This document shows positions 48,420 through 62,230 of a DNA stretch of 64,000 nucleotides, piece by piece. The DNA lies in NCBI GenBank assembly GCA_043228905.1, contig JBHGNT010000018.1, positions 14,322,001-14,386,000 of the forward strand, written 5' to 3'. A model generated the notes under the pieces. The model was given only the letters and a program-made list of their open reading frames with translations. It did no database searches and was not told where the DNA came from. A program made the position numbers and the translations under genes. Numbering within the stretch: position 1 is the first letter of the stretch; the number at the start of each line of letters is the position of its first letter. This DNA is from Azolla caroliniana (Eukaryota; Plantae; Polypodiophyta).

Positions 48420-49340
48420 TGGCTACGTAAGGTCGGGTGGGACCCTTTGCAATGGACATGGTATGATCCTTATGCGGGGCAAGGAAGCAAACCCATCCAT
48501 TTCTTTCAATTCACAACTAGATTGGCTCTCCATATTCTAGCTGCTCAAACCGTTCGGGAGCCAGCTGCTGCAAAGGTCAGGCACACATATCATGTTCCTC
48601 ACACAATTATCACCAAGTTTTGGCAGAAAATCTGGAAACAATAACATGCGAGGCGAATCACCACTTTCCAATGACTATTAATACATAGGTCACTACCGGT
48701 TGGTGCATGGCAATGTGGGAACCTTAGCTCTCCTAATTGTGTAGCGTGCCCAAATGCAGTATAATCAATCTGACACGCTCTATGGGACTGCCCAAAGTCC
48801 CATCAAATATGCGGGGGTTGACCTCTTATTGCAATTATGCCAAGTGCAAGGCTTAATCAAGTGGGGAAATGTACATTGGCTATCATGGCAAAGCCCCAAT
48901 TGACAGATGCGAGCATCAAGAGGAGGGGATGACTTTGGTGATAAAAGCACAAGAGGTTTTTTTCTCCACCATCGACAATGTCCACTCAACTCCTATCAAT
49001 GCCAAATCTCAAGTTGTGTTGGAATTGGTCAGCCCAATAACTCTTTGGATTCTATGGGAACAACGGTGTAGACAAGTCTTCTCCAACCAAACCGCGCAAC
49101 CAATAATGCTAATGCAAGAGATATGGAGTGAAGTTGTAGCCAATATGATGGCCTCAAGGGCGACTATGATGGAGTTGAAAGACAACAACTATCCTTCATC
49201 CAACAATGGTCGCCCTCCCCCTTTATTGAGTCGGTGGGCATCCATATAAGATGGACCTATTGCGTCCCTACATGGATTTGTATATAATAATCTCATATGT
49301 AAAAAATTTATAACTAATGGAACGAGTTTTTTTGGAAAAA

Positions 49341-49341
<1 letters not shown>
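48420..49341 (+). mobile_element. 5'-truncated L1 LINE 3' end
   Basis: KFWQKIWK, CVACP…HALWDCP and LWILWEQRCRQVF resemble the ORF2 C-terminus at 44300-44900; ends TTTTTTGGAAAAAA like the large LINE. Confidence 0.75.

Positions 49342-49342
<1 letters not shown>

Positions 49343-49378
<36 letters not shown>
49343..49378. repeat. (TA)n(CA)n microsatellite
   Basis: Direct reading. Confidence 0.85.
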
Positions 49379-51653
49379 TTAATTACCTAATATGTTTCAA
49401 TGTTTTACTATGATTGTTTGAGTATTTCTAAATGCATATTAGATCACTAGAACTTATAAATAATACGATGATAAGATAATATAGGTATGTTATGACCTTA
49501 ACAAGAACATGAACATAAAATGTTTCATGATATGAAAGCTAGATGTTGATCAAATATGATAGATTAAGGGCGTATAGCACCAAAAGGTTCTAACCCAATG
49601 GGCATGATCATTGTTCATGGTAGATGTGTGTGTATCTAAAAAGATTCAAGCTCTTTGTATGTTCCATTCAAAAAATGAATCGTTTTATGTCAATGAGGGG
49701 TTGGTTACTTAATTATGTTTTGCATGCATGGAATGGAAGAATATACAAGGTGACATGCAAGCATTAGTTTAAGAGTATAAATAAACCATATGGCCATTAA
49801 TGTGGTGATGGATATTGTATATTTTTTGAGTGAAATAGGTGTTATTTTCTCATTTATCTCGAGATTTTGTTGATCAGTTCTCTTTCACATATTGACTTGA
49901 TTGCCAACTTACTGTAATGGAATAGAGACTTGATGCATGTTCCTATCTCGGCATGCAACACTATCAACATTAAACTTTTTGATGGTGTCTATGTTCGCCT
50001 TATTTTTCATGTTAGCTACATGACTGAACTTATCGGATCAAATGACAACAAAATATCTTGTAACTCATAAGGATTTATCTTGTCAACCTCATTCACAAAA
50101 AAATCTTGATATTCAAACCAATATTTTAGGAAGTAAAGAATTCAGAGAATTCAAAATTAAATAGTTAGATCGAGTTATGTGATGCCACTTCAAAATTCTC
50201 AAATCTATCTTCCCTAATTTTGATTTGTCAGTACAATCTTGAAATGTTATTGGAAACATGGAGTGTGATATAGGCATAACCTTAAGAAACAATTATATAG
50301 GCCCTAATGACTCATGACATGTGGGAACACATGATGAACATGGAGCTTAAGAAGTTCAGCTATATAATAGGGACTAGATACATACTAGATACATACGCTA
50401 TTACACCACCTTGCTACACTATTGAGGCTCTATTAGTGAGAGAAACCTTTATTCTTTTGGATCCATTCATCTCAACCTCCAAGCAAGTATAGCTTAACGT
50501 AATAATTGGTGGTATGAGATGCTGATGATATTTTATCTTTGTCTATTGTCTATTGCTTCAAGGTAAACGTGTGGTTAAAAGAAGAATTCAAACATTCTTT
50601 TTTAATCTTGATGTTTTTTTACTATCGTTGCTATTTGATTCATAATAGAAGCCACACATATAGATGATACAATTGCCTTTGTGATTGTGTCTTGATTTTG
50701 GTATCCATTGGAAGCCCATGCAATCAACTTTTTGTGTGTGTGTTTTTGACTATGTTGGTTGGTTGTAAGGGTGTTGTAGACAACGGTAGACAAACATGGT
50801 CAATTGTTGGGGTCACATTCAAGCTAGGATGCCATACATCGAGGAGAGAGTAGGGACAATAAATCATTGAAACAACAATTAGTTTTGAAACCTATTTGGA
50901 GCAATTACTTCATTTGGTTTGGCAACAACTCTATCTCTACTATAGGATGGGTTGCAATGAACTTGGCTTGGGAATGACTCGTGAGTGGGCATCAACAATT
51001 CATAAAGTTCAATTAGTCTTTACTATTCCCCCTCTCTTTGGGTGGTCGTGATCAAGAGACTATCAGGTACCCCATTGCATCGTTGACCAGCATTGAGTTA
51101 AGTTTGAGGAAAGGGAGGCATCTTTTCACAAACACTTATTGTAATGCATGTAAATTCCTTAGTATAAGGTAAGTAGTCGTTGAAACATTCAACACATAAT
51201 CAATGGTTTCCGCTCTTAGGCTCCCTGAAGTGTACATCATAGATAACAAGAGGGAGGGTGCTCCACATAGTCTAGATAGTAAGCTACAATAAAACATGTA
51301 AGTATATTCCTCTTCCTCTTGGAAGTATAAGTCAAGATGATGTTCATATAGCTAAGGAGAATGTAGGGAAGACGATGGCTCTATCGTCTTGCATGTATGT
51401 ACGTTTATCCTTGATACGTCCTAAGTGGCTCGTGAACTCGGTTTCGAGTACAATCTATTCCAATATTTTAGCCTATCAAAAGCTAATTTCACCATTACTA
51501 AAAATGGCCCCCCTTCCTTTCCCTTATATTACATGTATGTAGAGCTTCTAATTTTAGTCACTTACGTTAATCTTGTGTATATGTATAGCCTAGACGTGGG
51601 TAGGTTCTATTGGCCCACATGGTGTGAAACCGGACAATAGGCACCGCACCGCA

Positions 51654-51682
51654 CCCTAACCCTAACCCTAACCCTAACCCTA
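51654..51682 (+). promoter_or_regulatory. telo-box-like (CCCTAA)4-5 array upstream of the RRM gene, with a site II-like GGCCCA at 51612
   Basis: About 175 bp upstream of the ATG; telo-box plus site II is a known plant promoter module. Confidence 0.55.
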
Positions 51683-51854
51683 CCCTCCCCCGGGAAGTAT
51701 AAGCTCCTCCGTCTCCTCCAGGAATTAGGGTTAGTGCCTGTGTTTTTCTCTGTGGGGACCGACATCTCCTTCGATCGATCCTTCCCTCGCCTTTGTCTGC
51801 AGAGACAAAGAAAGAAAGAAAGAAGGTCCTTTTCGCTCTTTTCCCACCGCCCTC

Positions 51855-53381
51855 ATGGAACCCAGCAAGAAGAGGAAGTTGGAGGCTGCTGCTGAAGCAG
51901 CCCGTGCCAAATCAGTGAAGAAAGAAGAGGAGCGCGTAGAAGAAGATGAAGAAGAAGAAGAAGAGGAAAACGAAGAAGAAGAGGATGCTGAAGAAGAGGA
52001 GGATGATCAGGAAGAAGAAGAAGAAGAAGAACAGAAGAACGACGATGGGGACGGAGAAGTATCTGCAGAGGAAGTTAGAGCTTTGATCGAGCCATTCTCG
52101 AAAGAACAGATCTTAGATCTGCTTCACGAAGCAGCGATGTCTGATTCTAGGGTTTTGTCAAAGATAAAGAAGCTTGCTGACAAGGATACAGCACACAGGA
52201 AGCTTTTCATTAGAGGATTAGGTTGGGAGATGACACCCGAAACCCTTAAATCGGTTTTCGCACAGTATGGAAACATTGAAGAATGCTCCGTGATCAAGGA
52301 CAAGAACACAGGTAAGAGCAAAGGCTATGGTTTTGTCACGTTTTCCGACATGTTTGCAGCTCGGAGAGCTTTAAAAGAACCTAGCAAAGTCATAGAAGGA
52401 AGAGTAACCGTATCGCAATTAGCATCAGTTGGGCCTACTACTCCATCTACGGGTGGAGGAGGAAGTGATCATATAGGAAGGAAAATCTATGTCGGAAATG
52501 TTCCGCAAGATGTGAATGCAGAGAAGATATTATCAATTTTCTCTCAGTTTGGTGAAATTGAAGAGGGACCCATCGGATTCGATAAGTCGGGGAAATCAAA
52601 AGGATATGCTCTCATCATATACAAGTCAGCGGCATCAGCCAAAAAAGCTCTGAAAGAGCCGGCCAAATACATAAATGGGCATCAAGTTACTTGTAAAATG
52701 GCCACTTCAGATGGGGGACATCATCAAAATAGAGGGGAAAGAGGTGGTGGCGGTGGTGGTTCGAAGGTTGACATAAGCAACGACTATTCTTTATCTCAAG
52801 GGGGTGGCATCGTTGGGGCTAATCCGAATTTGCCCTATTCACCTTTCTCAGGTTTGCTCCCTTTGAATCATGGACTTTTGGGTGGACAACACTCTCTCAA
52901 CCCGGCCATTACTGCACAAGGATTACTAGCCTTGAATGCTAATAGTGGTTTAACTGGCCTTAGCCCATCACTTCATCAAGCATCATTAGCTCACCAATTG
53001 GCACTCGGATCTACATTGAACCCTTCCTTAAGCCAATCTCTGAATCCATCCATGAACCAATCTTTGAACTCGTCCCTAAATGGTTCTTTGGCTTCGGGTG
53101 TTTCCTCGCAAGGTCCCAATTCTTCTTTGTCTTCATATGGTCTTCATGGTCTGGGAGTATATGGATCTCAAGTGGGTGGAGGTCTTGGTGGGGCAGGTGG
53201 TTCCTCTCTCTACGGTGGGTCCGTGAATCCATTGCCCTCTCAGAGTGGTCTTTTGCATGGTGGCACTGCTCAAAGTGGATATCCATCGTCCCATCTCAGT
53301 CAAGGTCAGGGTCCAAGTCAAGGCCAAGGTCACTCTGGAGGTGGTCGGTCTCAATCCCTCTCAGGCTATTATGGCAACTGA
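51855..53381 (+). CDS. UBA2: UBP1-associated protein 2-like hnRNP-type RNA-binding protein (2 RRMs, acidic N-terminus, G/S-rich C-terminus)
   Basis: Intact intronless 508-aa ORF; EPFSKEQ…HRKLFIRGLGWE signature; RNP1 motifs KGYGFVTF and KGYALIIY; NLS-like KKRK. Confidence 0.88.
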   Translation: MEPSKKRKLEAAAEAARAKSVKKEEERVEEDEEEEEEENEEEEDAEEEEDDQEEEEEEEQKNDDGDGEVSAEEVRALIEPFSKEQILDLLHEAAMSDSRVLSKIKKLADKDTAHRKLFIRGLGWEMTPETLKSVFAQYGNIEECSVIKDKNTGKSKGYGFVTFSDMFAARRALKEPSKVIEGRVTVSQLASVGPTTPSTGGGGSDHIGRKIYVGNVPQDVNAEKILSIFSQFGEIEEGPIGFDKSGKSKGYALIIYKSAASAKKALKEPAKYINGHQVTCKMATSDGGHHQNRGERGGGGGGSKVDISNDYSLSQGGGIVGANPNLPYSPFSGLLPLNHGLLGGQHSLNPAITAQGLLALNANSGLTGLSPSLHQASLAHQLALGSTLNPSLSQSLNPSMNQSLNSSLNGSLASGVSSQGPNSSLSSYGLHGLGVYGSQVGGGLGGAGGSSLYGGSVNPLPSQSGLLHGGTAQSGYPSSHLSQGQGPSQGQGHSGGGRSQSLSGYYGN

Positions 53382-56300
53382 GTAAGTCTTGCTCTTTCTT
53401 TTGCTTTTTGTTCTAGCTTTTGATGATGTTATGGTTCCCAGTACACCATTACGCGTTTATTTTTCTATTGCATTCGTCGTAGTGTCTTTCAAGCCCTAAA
53501 TTCCATTTTTATGTCTGTATTAAGACTCTGCATTCCTCTGATTGCATTTCATTTATAAGTGTTTATTTACACCCCCTACAGTTTACCTTTTTATGATTAT
53601 ATTTTGGATTTTAGAGTTTTATATACGATATTATCACTTTTACTTGTTTTTCGCAGATTATTTTTAGGAGAGTTAATATAACCCCCTTCAGGTTTTAAAG
53701 GAGACGTAAGCCCTATTATCTAACTGATTTGGTCTTGATACTGACAACTGCCCAGTTTGCTTATTTATGCTGGACTATACCATTGATGTTTATTTTGAGA
53801 AGATTCTGTGTTTTGCTTCATCCTGTGCATTTTTCCAGCCTTCTCTGGCTTCAGAAGACCACTTCCCTGACTACACTGAATGTTTGGATTTGCAGTTGAG
53901 ATGCACAACCTTATTTATTTCTGGCTGCTGAAAAGCCTTCTTAAATGGATTCGACTTTCATCTATTGGCAGTACTCGATCTTATTTGTCCATTATCTTCA
54001 GAGAGTGAAGTTTCTTTATGAAATGCTGCCTTGTTTTCCTTTTTAATTGCAAAAAAATTGTTGTCGCAGCTCACCCAGGGCTTTGTTGCTTCACAATTGA
54101 CTTGCGGATTCCTCCTTTTGAACATTTGCTAAGCTTCATTTTAACTTGATATTTGATGCTGGAAAGCTGTTGAGAATTGTTAAGGTTTACGTAATTTTGA
54201 TCCTTTGAAGCCCTTGTTTTATTTATTGTATCAATTTGTTCTCAACTTCCTTTGTCTGTTCCGGTATGTTTTCACTTTGGATTTTGTCATGATTTGACAT
54301 TTTGTTTTTAGTATGTTATTTCCAAGTCATTTCTGTTCTGAGTCTTTGTGACCTTTCGAGTAAGATAATTGTGTCATTCTCCCCCTTCTGAAGATTGCAC
54401 TTTCATTCAAGGATTGCTGTAAGGTTCAGGGTAGATTCATGATGGTCTTTTATGGTGGATACTCTTTATCTGTGATTTTTGATTGTATAGAGGCATTCTG
54501 TAAGTTTGTTAACTCCTTAAAAAACTGAATGTACCGAAATGGTAGAACAGCACTGAGCCTGTGTGTTTGGCTGCTGATAAGAAAATCTGGTGACTCTTGC
54601 TCACCATTCAATTCCATAGGTTAGCTCTGCAGAAAATGCAGGGATATTAGACTCACTCTCACACCGCAAGATCACTTAGAAGGCTTAAGAAAAAATTAGT
54701 AGATTAGGAAAAACGAGCTTATGATTACAAAGATGTAGAATGGTTTATATATATCTACAGGTAGCTGGAATTCCAACAGTCACTTAATTAGGTTCACACT
54801 ATTCTAACCATGTTCACACCCAACAGTTACTTAACGAGCTCCATGCTATTCCAACTATGGTCACACCAAAGCTTTCATAGGATACACATCAAGTGTAACA
54901 AGTTTCATTAATGAACAGTATCAAGATCAACATATGTACTGCATTTTGTATGGGTGATATATTAGCTGGCTAATTTTGTGCTATTATTTCCTTCATTGAG
55001 AGGTTGTGAAGGGTTTATATATTATAGGTGGTATTTGGGTGAATCATGTCAGACAAAACCAACAGAAAGGCTATCAGCCTTTACAGTTGTAGGAAAAAGG
55101 TCTGCAAAATGATTGGTGGGAAATGTGGAATACATAACATCAGGAGATTGTTATGAAAAAATTTACATCATTGTATGCTGCGCATACAATTTCTGAATCA
55201 TCGATTCGTTCCAATAAGAAGATTAATTTATTAAGGTTACTTGGCCAATCTTTTCACTTGAGCTATATACATACAATGGCCAAGGGACCAGTTTTACTTA
55301 ATTCAGACATTTTATAGTGACAACATTTTTCGTAAAGAATTGGCAAGAAAGAGGTTTTCCTTGCACAATTCTGTAAATTATATCTCAGTGTTAAGAGTGT
55401 GGATTACTTTTCTACCAGAGGCTTATGTACGTGTCTTTTGTACCTACTTTGAAGGGCATTGGGTGAGGAATATATATTCTCCTCATTATATTGAGGGAGA
55501 AACTTACTGAGATGTGATTAGGATGACCCCAACACTGACACATTAAGTAAGGTTTGAGGAATCAATCTCTGTCTCCAATATCAAATTCTCTAAATATGGT
55601 GTTATTATGGAAAGCTATGATAACTTCCATCTGCTCTTAAATCTTTTGGCGACCTTTCAACATATCTCTAATATTAAAGGTAAGAGGTTCTCAATATAAT
55701 CAGAGATGTATAGTATATTATTCCCATGATCCAAATCCAGCAGTAAACCTTTCAAGTCAAGGTTTGTGATGCAAAGAATATGCATTATGAAACAGAACGG
55801 CCTTTCAATATTCATCTATTGTGATTGTTTGGAGTTAACTCCATGTCAAAGATCCAGTGGTTGTTGCCAAGGGTTTCCCAAAGTTTTCAAAATTATAGGG
55901 TTCTATTAACCTTACAACTTCACTACGCATTAGTTAGTGTTTCGTAGGTTCTCTCACGAGTTCACATTGGTGTTAAGGTATGGCACCTAGATTCTAGAGA
56001 TAATGGCAGAAAAATAATTGCAATGATGGGCATGACAACCCAAAAGATCCTGTAAGAGAACAAGGGCTTCAACTTGCTGGCACAAAAGAGAGCCAATAAC
56101 AATACGAACTGCCTGAATGTTATATTTGGAAGATGGGGGGAATTTGTTGCAAAGATTGGCAATAACACCAAAGCATTGGAATATGTTATTCAAACTGAGT
56201 GAAGATGGAGCAAAAGAGAATCAATAATGTCAGTGTATCTGTTATATTTCGGAAGTTCTGCAGCCCCAAATTAATAAATATTTGTCCTCAATTTCCCTTT

Positions 56301-57954
56301 GTCAACTTTTTATATGCAAGTTATGTTGATGAAGTATTCTTTAATTGCGTATGAGATCAAGATATTTTATGCTTATAGGATTATTGTTGACTATTCATGG
56401 GCATCAGAATGTATTGAATCTATGAAGTATCATTACCATTTTAACTTTTGATAGACTTTACATTGAGTGTATAGACTGAAGCTGTCAAGTTTTCGTTATA
56501 ATGCTTCTACTACCGCTTGAAGTAAAACATGTTGATTGTTTTAGTCTGCACTTTGGGTTGTAGCCTGTGAATTTAGGAAGGCACATTGTCAAACATGAAT
56601 TTAATCCATGATCTATTCAGCCCTGTGTTTGTGAGTTCTAATAATACTTGTTCTCCCCATTGATGCTCGTTTAATATGTAGTTCTATTTCCACTGGATTC
56701 AGTTGCAACTACTGCATTTACAAAACATGTTACGTAACCTTTATATATGGGATTGTTATCAAGTAACAAATTGTAATGTGTGAAATATGAGTTAAATAAA
56801 TGCAGTTGCAATGACTGCATTTTTAAAACATAATCTTTATATCTGGGATTGATATCAATCAACAGATTATGTGCAAAATGTGAGTTAAATTGCACTTTGA
56901 TCCAATGCACTTTGATTCAATTTATCAATACTGTGACCCACAGATCGTCTGTTATATTGAAGTGCACACATGCATCCATGTATATGTACGTACGTGCACA
57001 CATGCATCTGTTATATTAGGGCACACATACACATATGCATGCATCACACATGTATATGTGCATGTGCATGTATACACATATATACATGTGAGTGTCATAG
57101 TAGTGAGCATGTAACATTAGAAAGATTTCCTATGTCAATATATGCTTGACATCATAGTGGGAGCATGAGGTCTTCTAATATCTTCCACTATAGTTCACAA
57201 CACAGCTAAAAAGTACCCAGTAATCTTCTTGATTCTGTGTCAGTCAGTAACAGATGTTTTGGTGGCGTTGACATTATTTTTTAGCACGTTTAGAATTGTA
57301 AAGCTTATTAGTAAGCATTGGATATGCCTTCCACATCTTTATACCTTAGAGAGTAACCTGTTTGGAAGCTCAGATAATAAAATTACTATCATATTGAGTT
57401 ACTTAGGATTACAGTTCAGGCATATCCATATGAAGAGACAGAATCAAGATCAAATATTGAACCCCACTTAAGGGCTGAGAGATGGGTCAAAATTTAGTAT
57501 GAAGTTCCCTCCTATTGGTTGGGTTCCCTGACCTTATAGCATGTAAATCTTAACAAATATCTATTGTTTTACAAGTAATCCTATTTCAAATGGTGTGCAC
57601 CAATGGGGAGAACAACCATCCAAAGTTGCAAGCATTTAGTCAAAGTTCAGGTGCCATTCATTTCACACTTGACAAACAAAAATAGGCCCTGGCGTTTTGC
57701 AGTTTTAATTAATCCTTGCCATCATGTTCAATACGATTTCTAAGTTTTTACTTGTGCCACATGATATTTCAGAATTATTTAATACTTGCCATGAGTATAA
57801 AGATTACCAAGAATTTACTTTGATTTACGTAAGGCTTCCTCATTGGTTTACGATCTTTTAGTTCCCTTAAAAATAATGTAGCTATGAACCTTTGCATAGT
57901 GCAAAAGTTGTGATGTGCTGAACCATGAACACAAGGTTTATGGGAGAATCAGAA

Positions 57955-58153
57955 TCAAGGACCTTTTTCAAGGACCTCTCTAATGGTTATAGGTCTACCC
58001 AATTCAATTGATCTATGGGCGGCCACTCCAATCGCCATAGACATCAAGCCCTCATGCAAACTTACAGTTGGTGCATTCTCACCATGACTCCTCACTGTTG
58101 CTAAGAACTCCAAATGCTCGAGATAGCTAGATCCATGATGAAGCCCTTCATAC
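57955..58153 (-). CDS. terminal exon of a Gfo/Idh/MocA-family oxidoreductase (inositol 2-dehydrogenase-like)
   Basis: YEGLHHGSSYLEHLEFL…GLMSMAIGVAAHRSIELGRPITIREVL matches the C-terminus I recall for this plant family; minus-strand acceptor TTATTAG directly upstream; TGA stop. Confidence 0.8.
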
Positions 58154-58348
58154 CTAATAAGCACACAAAAATACAAAAGTTTAAATGTCAAATCCCCAAG
58201 CTTTGAATGGAGTTCATCTAGGTTACAAATATATATAGGGACAGAACAAATAACAGTGGGTACAGTGGGTAGGTTAAAGCAATAAAACTAAACTTTACTT
58301 AAGCTATATTTTTATTGCTTTAACAAGTTAAGGAACTAGAGACATTCC

Positions 58349-61300
58349 CTATGGTGAAATATCTTCATATGGTGAAATATCTTCCCTACAGGATATTAAG
58401 GACGAGATAAAAAAGGTTAAGGAAGAGGTTAAAAGGGATATGGAATTAGCAAAAATTGGGTGGGTTGATGTAGTAAAACGTAATATTAAAAAGGAATTAA
58501 AGGATGAAAATATTGTAACCTTGAGGAAAAACTGCGTCAAGCTCGATGCCTAAATGTACGAGTTCTAGGCTCAAGAAAGGGGCATCTCCCGACAAAGATG
58601 CACAAACATTAGGGAAAATGTTGGGGTACGAAGCCCTACCAATCACTAAAACTTGGAGGGTAGGACGTGACACCACTAGGAAAAGAGCTTTGGTCCTTCA
58701 TTTAAGGACTCAGAGTCTAGAATCACATTTTTTAAAAAGAGACCAATTCTTCGAGGATTGGGCAAGGACTATCTACATTGATGAAGACCTGACCAAGATG
58801 CAAATTGAGCATCATAAAACTTGTATGTTGTGAGTCATACAAGTTTGTAAAGAGGGGCATCATGGTTTTTACCGAGATGGACGTGTGATAATAAATGATC
58901 GCGCCGCCAATTGATAGTGTGTGGCCCATGCGATAGACAATAAACTTAGGATGACTTTATGGAACTGTAACGGTGCACTTTGGACACACCCTGGCCGTCT
59001 AGAGGAGATTTTGAAGGTACCTGACATATTTTTTTTAGTAGAAACACATCAGAGTCCAAATCGAGGATTGTCAAGAGTTGATGGTTTTCGTTGGGCATCT
59101 GTCTTTAAACAAACCTCACGTTGACACACTACTAGAGGGTTTGGAGGGGTTGCGATACTATTTTGGAGAGAGATACATAATAGGATAGAAATACTAAAGA
59201 CAGACCAAGAAGCCCATTTTATGTGAGTGAAAGTCCTCACTAACAAGGATCAGACGATATTTATCGCCGTTTATTACTTCCCCCCGAAAGGATCCCAATA
59301 TAATATGGCTAGAGAGGCGAGTATAGTTGATGAAGGAACGCCACATGGGCCTTCTCCATACAAACCTTTATCGAATGACATAATCCGATATTCTTCTCAA
59401 GGGGAAGTCTTCCTTGTAGGAGATTTCAATGCGAGAACCCAACAATGCATAATATTTCAGATGGATAGAAACCTAGAAATGGTGAATGTCGACCCTTTAG
59501 GCTTAGACATAACACGTACATCAAAGGATCAAGGTGCGAACGCCACAAGCTTTGACCATCATTTGCTTGAACTTGGAAGCTGACACCAAATGATCATATA
59601 TAATGGTTTAGCCAAGTGCCCGGGTTCAGAAGAGCTCACATGTTTCCCACATGGAGGAGGGGAAAGCACAGTTGATTACCTAATAGGACGCCCTAAAGCA
59701 CCCACATGGTTAACTCCTTCCGGGTGGCCCCATGCCCCATTGGTGCAGACCATAACTTCCTATACTTTGAGCTAAAATGCGACACCTCCCAAGCCACCAA
59801 CTCTAGTCAACCAAACCATCACACCATAATACATTTCACGCATGAGCGCGTTGACATCTACTCCCGACATGTTCAAGCCTATCTCTCCTCTTTTGATTCT
59901 TCCTTGCCTTTAGAGAACCTCATTACAAAACTCACACATCCTTCACTCAGCAACAATTAGTAGCTTCCCATACACAAAACACTCCAATCATAGTAGAATA
60001 GGGTCTATGCTACAGAACAAGTGGTATGATGAGGATTGTAGAGAGTTGTATAGACAACTTAAAGTGTCGCGACTTAGTGGTACTATTTCCTCAGTACATG
60101 CTCGCAAAGAGATGTGCAAGATGACACGTCGTAAAAGAAGAGCTTGGGAAACATATCAATATTGGGAACTCTACCATATGCTCATGAGGAGGGACTACGC
60201 CCTTTCATGGAAGAGACTACGAGAACCGCGACCATAAACACCCATCGAGGATCCCAATATTTGGCACACATATATCGAGAGACTCTACCATGTGCCGAAC
60301 CAACCACCCATTCCAATGCCTTCCACACCTCGACCTACCATGGGGACACTTTTCATGACCTCTAGGGTCACGAAGGTCATAAAAAAATTACAACATAGGA
60401 AATCCATGGACCACACATTGTCAAGATTGTGAGCCGAGCACATCATATATGCTCAAGAGTGCCTAGCCCCCTTTCTCACTCTAATCTTCAACCGCGCCCT
60501 CGTTGAGGGTTTTCCACCACAATGGACCATGAACACATTGGCCCCTATACATAAAGGAGGGGACCCAATGGACCCAAATACATATAAGACCATTATGATA
60601 GGTCATACGCTCGCTAAACTATATGGTGCAGTAATGGAAGTGGAGCTCAATGATTATATTGAAACATTAAGTCTTCGAGCACCTGAGTAGGCTAGCTTTA
60701 GATGAGCCTTCTCCACTATTGACCATTCCTTCACAATTTGTGCTTAATTGACCAGATGAAGGCTCGTAAGAAGAAACTATATTGTTGCTTTTTGGACTTC
60801 CGCAAAGCCTTGACAGTTCCTAGGGAGAGGTGGTTTGATAGACTTAAGAGCTTGGAGATACCAAATGACATGATCTGGGCCATTTATGCCCTATATGAGC
60901 AAGTCTCTAGGTGCATAAGATGCCCAGGTGGCCTATCCGATTGTTTGACTAGCACCATTAGTGTAAAACAGGGTTGTCCCCTATCACCGACTCTTTTTGG
61001 GATCTACATTGATGAGATCACTGATTTTATTGCTCGTAAGGGAGGCAAGGGAGTAGCTATTGGGGATACGCAAGTTAGTCTCTTACTCTACGTAGACGAC
61101 ATTGTCTTGCTCTCGGAGTCGGAACACGACCTACAAAAGCATCTTAATGCCCTAGATGACTTTTGTACACAACGAGGATTGGTAGTGAATCTAGTGAAAA
61201 CTAAATGTTAGGAATAAATGTTACCTAATCCTCTCTCATAAACTAGTTGAGGTAGTTGGATCATATATATACTTGGGAGTCACTTTTAGTGCTCGCTCAG

Positions 61301-62230
61301 ATAAATTCTCGATGACCCAGGCATACTTTCAAGAGCCACGGACTAAGGGATGGCTCCTCGACTCATTAGTGACCCCTTCCCTCATGTATGCATCAGTAGT
61401 ATGGGCTCTAGGTCTACCATCTTTCATGTGGACGCAATTAGAGAGACCTTTGGTGACGATGTTATCACGTCAACTCCAAAGCAAATCGACAGTACCACAT
61501 GACATTATTAAAGCAAAGTTCAGTTTGCCCCCGATGTTAGTAGAAGCATTTTTTCAAGTGATAGTTTTTATTCATCGGATACATAGCCAACCACAAGATA
61601 AGATATCCTGTCGAGCCTTTGAGGCATCCCGATCCATACATGCGTCTGGAGACATAACCTACTTCCCCTTAAGTACAACCATGAGATTGACCAAACTCTA
61701 ATCTCTCATGAAGACCGTAATAAAGTGATACGCCAAGAAATATGACAAATTTATACTCGATATAAATGGATCACCCCACAAGAGCCACTCCCATCTAAAA
61801 TGTTGTACTATAAGGAACACTTCTTGCACTTCTCTAAGTTAGGTTTTATTACAGGACCAAGATATCTAGATACATTCTTATCAAATGCACTAAGGGTGGC
61901 CATTGGACAACTTAGGATATCATCTCACCAACTTGAGATTGAGAATGGTCGGGCTAATAGAGTCCCTAGAGGGGAAAGGCTATTTAGGTTATACCACACA
62001 AAGATAGAGGATGAGTATCACTTCACATGCAAGTGCCCAACTTATGCTTAGATACAAGCAGAATACCAAGACATACTAGGACCCTCTTCCACCCTCTCCA
62101 ATTTATTAGATACCCCGTATGTAAAGAGACTAGGTAGGTATATCTTAGAGCTAAAACAAAATAGGGGGAATAAATTACAAAGTGTTAACCATAACCCTTT
62201 TACTATTCATCAACATGTAACTATTAGATA
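58349..62230 (+). mobile_element. degraded non-L1 LINE (RTE-X/L2-like)
   Basis: ORF1 remnant (IYIDEDLT); APE (LWNCNG, VETH, GDFN); RT (KQGCPLSPTLF, YVDD); C-terminal LRISSHQLEIENGR…IEDEYHFTCKCP. Confidence 0.8.

Noticed and set aside
49400-51450. AT-rich region with faint TE-like fragments
   Set aside because: No motif could be assigned with confidence.
54620-54900. Possible solo LTR with an internal imperfect ~47-bp duplication
   Set aside because: No TSD, PBS, PPT or second copy in the window to support it.
56960-57110. H/V/Y/T-rich 74-aa ORF (56890-57114)
   Set aside because: Translation of an imperfect purine-pyrimidine (CA/TA/TG) simple repeat.
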